Of a stretch of 64,000 nucleotides of DNA, positions 62,892 to 64,000 are shown piece after piece (the first letter of the stretch is position 1; every line of letters starts with the position of its first letter). Location of the stretch: positions 22,484 to 86,483 of IMG/VR virus record IMGVR_UViG_3300020109_000011; one strand, 5' to 3'. Origin of the DNA: a virus. The notes beneath the pieces were generated by a model, which saw only the letters and a program-made list of their open reading frames with translations, did not search any database and was not told the origin of the DNA. The position numbers were made by a program, and so were the translations under genes.

Positions 62892-63187
62892 GCGGCCAGG
62901 CTCTCGGGGTCGTAGCGCCAGGACCCGTCCGGGTCCTGCACCATCGCGTCACGCCAGATGCCGTGGGCGTCCCGGGCCAGGCCCTGGCAGGCCAGACCGG
63001 ACTCCAGGGTCTGGCGGATGATGCCCAGGAACTCGTCCCCGTTCAGCATCTCCAGCGCGTCCAGGGCCTCGGCCTTCATCGCGTCGTCCTCGTCCCACTC
63101 CAGGATGGCGCGCAGCTGGACGGGGCTGACATGCGCACGGGGCTCGGAGAGGTCCCGGCGCTCGTAGTCGGGCAGCGGGGCGGTCAC
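62888..63187 (-). CDS. Hypothetical protein
   Basis: GTGA coupling at both ends. Confidence 0.6.
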   Translation of the reverse strand: MTAPLPDYERRDLSEPRAHVSPVQLRAILEWDEDDAMKAEALDALEMLNGDEFLGIIRQTLESGLACQGLARDAHGIWRDAMVQDPDGSWRYDPESLAA

Positions 63188-63354
63188 GCGGGCACCGGGG
63201 TGATCAGGGCGTCCATCTCCGGGCCCCGGACCAGGAAGGCCCGGCGGTCGGCCCACAGCTGGCACTCGCCGTAGGACCCCACGAAGGTGGTCCACTGGTC
63301 GAACAGGCGGTCCTTGCCCCGGACCTCGTACTGCGGCTCTGCGGTCTGCGTCAT
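63184..63354 (-). CDS. MTQT-start 56-aa protein
   Basis: TATCTT-N6-ATGACGCAGAC. Confidence 0.65.
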   Translation of the reverse strand: MTQTAEPQYEVRGKDRLFDQWTTFVGSYGECQLWADRRAFLVRGPEMDALITPVPA

Positions 63355-63397
63355 GAGTCCAAGATAGTTGACAGTGTTGACAAATGCAAGCCATACC
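63344..63397. promoter_or_regulatory. MTQT cassette 11, divergent: boxes on + (TTGACA-GTG-TTGACA-N9-CATACC), -10 TATCTT on -
   Basis: Read directly from the sequence. Confidence 0.75.
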
Positions 63398-63423
63398 CCG
63401 GCGAGTCCTGCCACCATCGAGGG

Positions 63424-63666
63424 ATGTACGAGATCCCCGACCCGCTGACCGAGGCCCGCCAGCAGGCCGCACAGGGCTGGACCCAGACCATCCTGGCCCG
63501 GACCTCCGAGCTTTCGCCGAGCACGCCGCTGCCCGACCGCATCGCGCACGCCGACCTGCCCGAGCTCCCGGAGTGGCTGACGAAGCTGATCTGGATCGAG
63601 CTCGTGGCCTGGCGCGGCCAGGCCCTGGTCGAGCGGGTCGTGGCCCGCGCGGGCGCCCACGGTTGA
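63424..63666 (+). CDS. Hypothetical protein
   Basis: GAGG upstream; stop codon inside GTTGACA. Confidence 0.55.
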   Translation: MYEIPDPLTEARQQAAQGWTQTILARTSELSPSTPLPDRIAHADLPELPEWLTKLIWIELVAWRGQALVERVVARAGAHG

Positions 63667-63691
63667 CACGGCTGGCTATAGCCTGACCGCC

Positions 63692-64000
63692 ATGAGCGAG
63701 CTCCCCGAAGACCCGCCCCCGCACCTCGTCAACCCGCCCGTGATGCGCCCGCTGGAGGGCGTGAACATCCACGTCCGGCACGGTGACCGCTGCCTGGCCG
63801 CCCAGGTCGTGAACGTGGACAGCGAGGACCCGCTGGGCGGGGTCTTCGTCGTGGACGCGGTGATCTTCCAGCCGCCGGTCAAGAACTCGAACGACAAGTT
63901 CCAGAAGGCCAACACCCGGCCCGGATCCGTGCGCTGGGCGAACAACATGCAGCACGCGCCGGTCGAGGAGAACACCCAGCTGACCTGGCACTACCCGGGC
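63692..64000 (+). CDS. Hypothetical protein (3'-truncated)
   Basis: MSELPEDPPPHLVNPPVMRP...CLAAQV..V...TWHYP; open to the window end. Confidence 0.6.
   Translation, partial: MSELPEDPPPHLVNPPVMRPLEGVNIHVRHGDRCLAAQVVNVDSEDPLGGVFVVDAVIFQPPVKNSNDKFQKANTRPGSVRWANNMQHAPVEENTQLTWHYPG

Larger units (their letters stand above)
765..63669. repeat. Dispersed YGGTTGACAC / GTGTCAACCR motif family
   Basis: About 48 isolated copies and about 29 promoter-associated heptamers, counted by eye. Confidence 0.9.

Noticed and set aside
20511-63397. Repeated cassettes as a CRISPR array
   Set aside because: They are separated by whole genes of variable length, not constant 30-40 bp spacers, and there is no cas operon.
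765-63669. GTTGAC simply as HincII-type (GTYRAC) restriction sites or ordinary Val-Asn codons
   Set aside because: Restriction sites are normally avoided rather than enriched. The conserved flanks (GG...AC) and the use of rare GTT/TCA/TTG codons in several frames are not explained by GTC-AAC codon pairs.
1-64000. Integrase/att site, reverse transcriptase (DGR/retron), IS elements, rRNA
   Set aside because: No recognisable motifs in the window; lifestyle cannot be determined from this segment.

Overview
This window is almost entirely a very GC-rich actinobacteriophage genome segment (siphovirus-type). From ~1-18.2 kb (+) it carries head protease, major capsid, major tail, neck, tail chaperone, tape measure and minor tail genes, plus a probable displaced capsid-pentamer gene. 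Two fields of small accessory genes (19-33.5 kb and 46-64 kb) flank a replication module (SNF2 helicase, RuvC-like nuclease, PolA, SSB, AAA ATPase, Cas4-like exonuclease, Prim-Pol, DUF3987-like helicase, candidate ori). I recognised no integrase, large terminase, portal or endolysin. The most striking unexplained signal is a three-part cis-system. (1) Eleven mostly unrelated minus-strand genes begin with the identical 11 nt ATGACGCAGAC (M-T-Q-T). (2) These starts sit 6-7 nt after a CATACT-type -10 box, implying leaderless mRNAs, and are usually preceded by the direct repeat GTTGACA-nn-GTTGACA. (3) Single YGGTTGACAC-like sites recur about every 1 kb across the whole window, in both orientations and inside conserved genes at the cost of rare codons (~75 GTTGACA/TGTCAAC heptamers by manual count). 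One promoter of this family appears to drive a structured non-coding RNA. All product calls come from motif recognition by eye; no database search was run.
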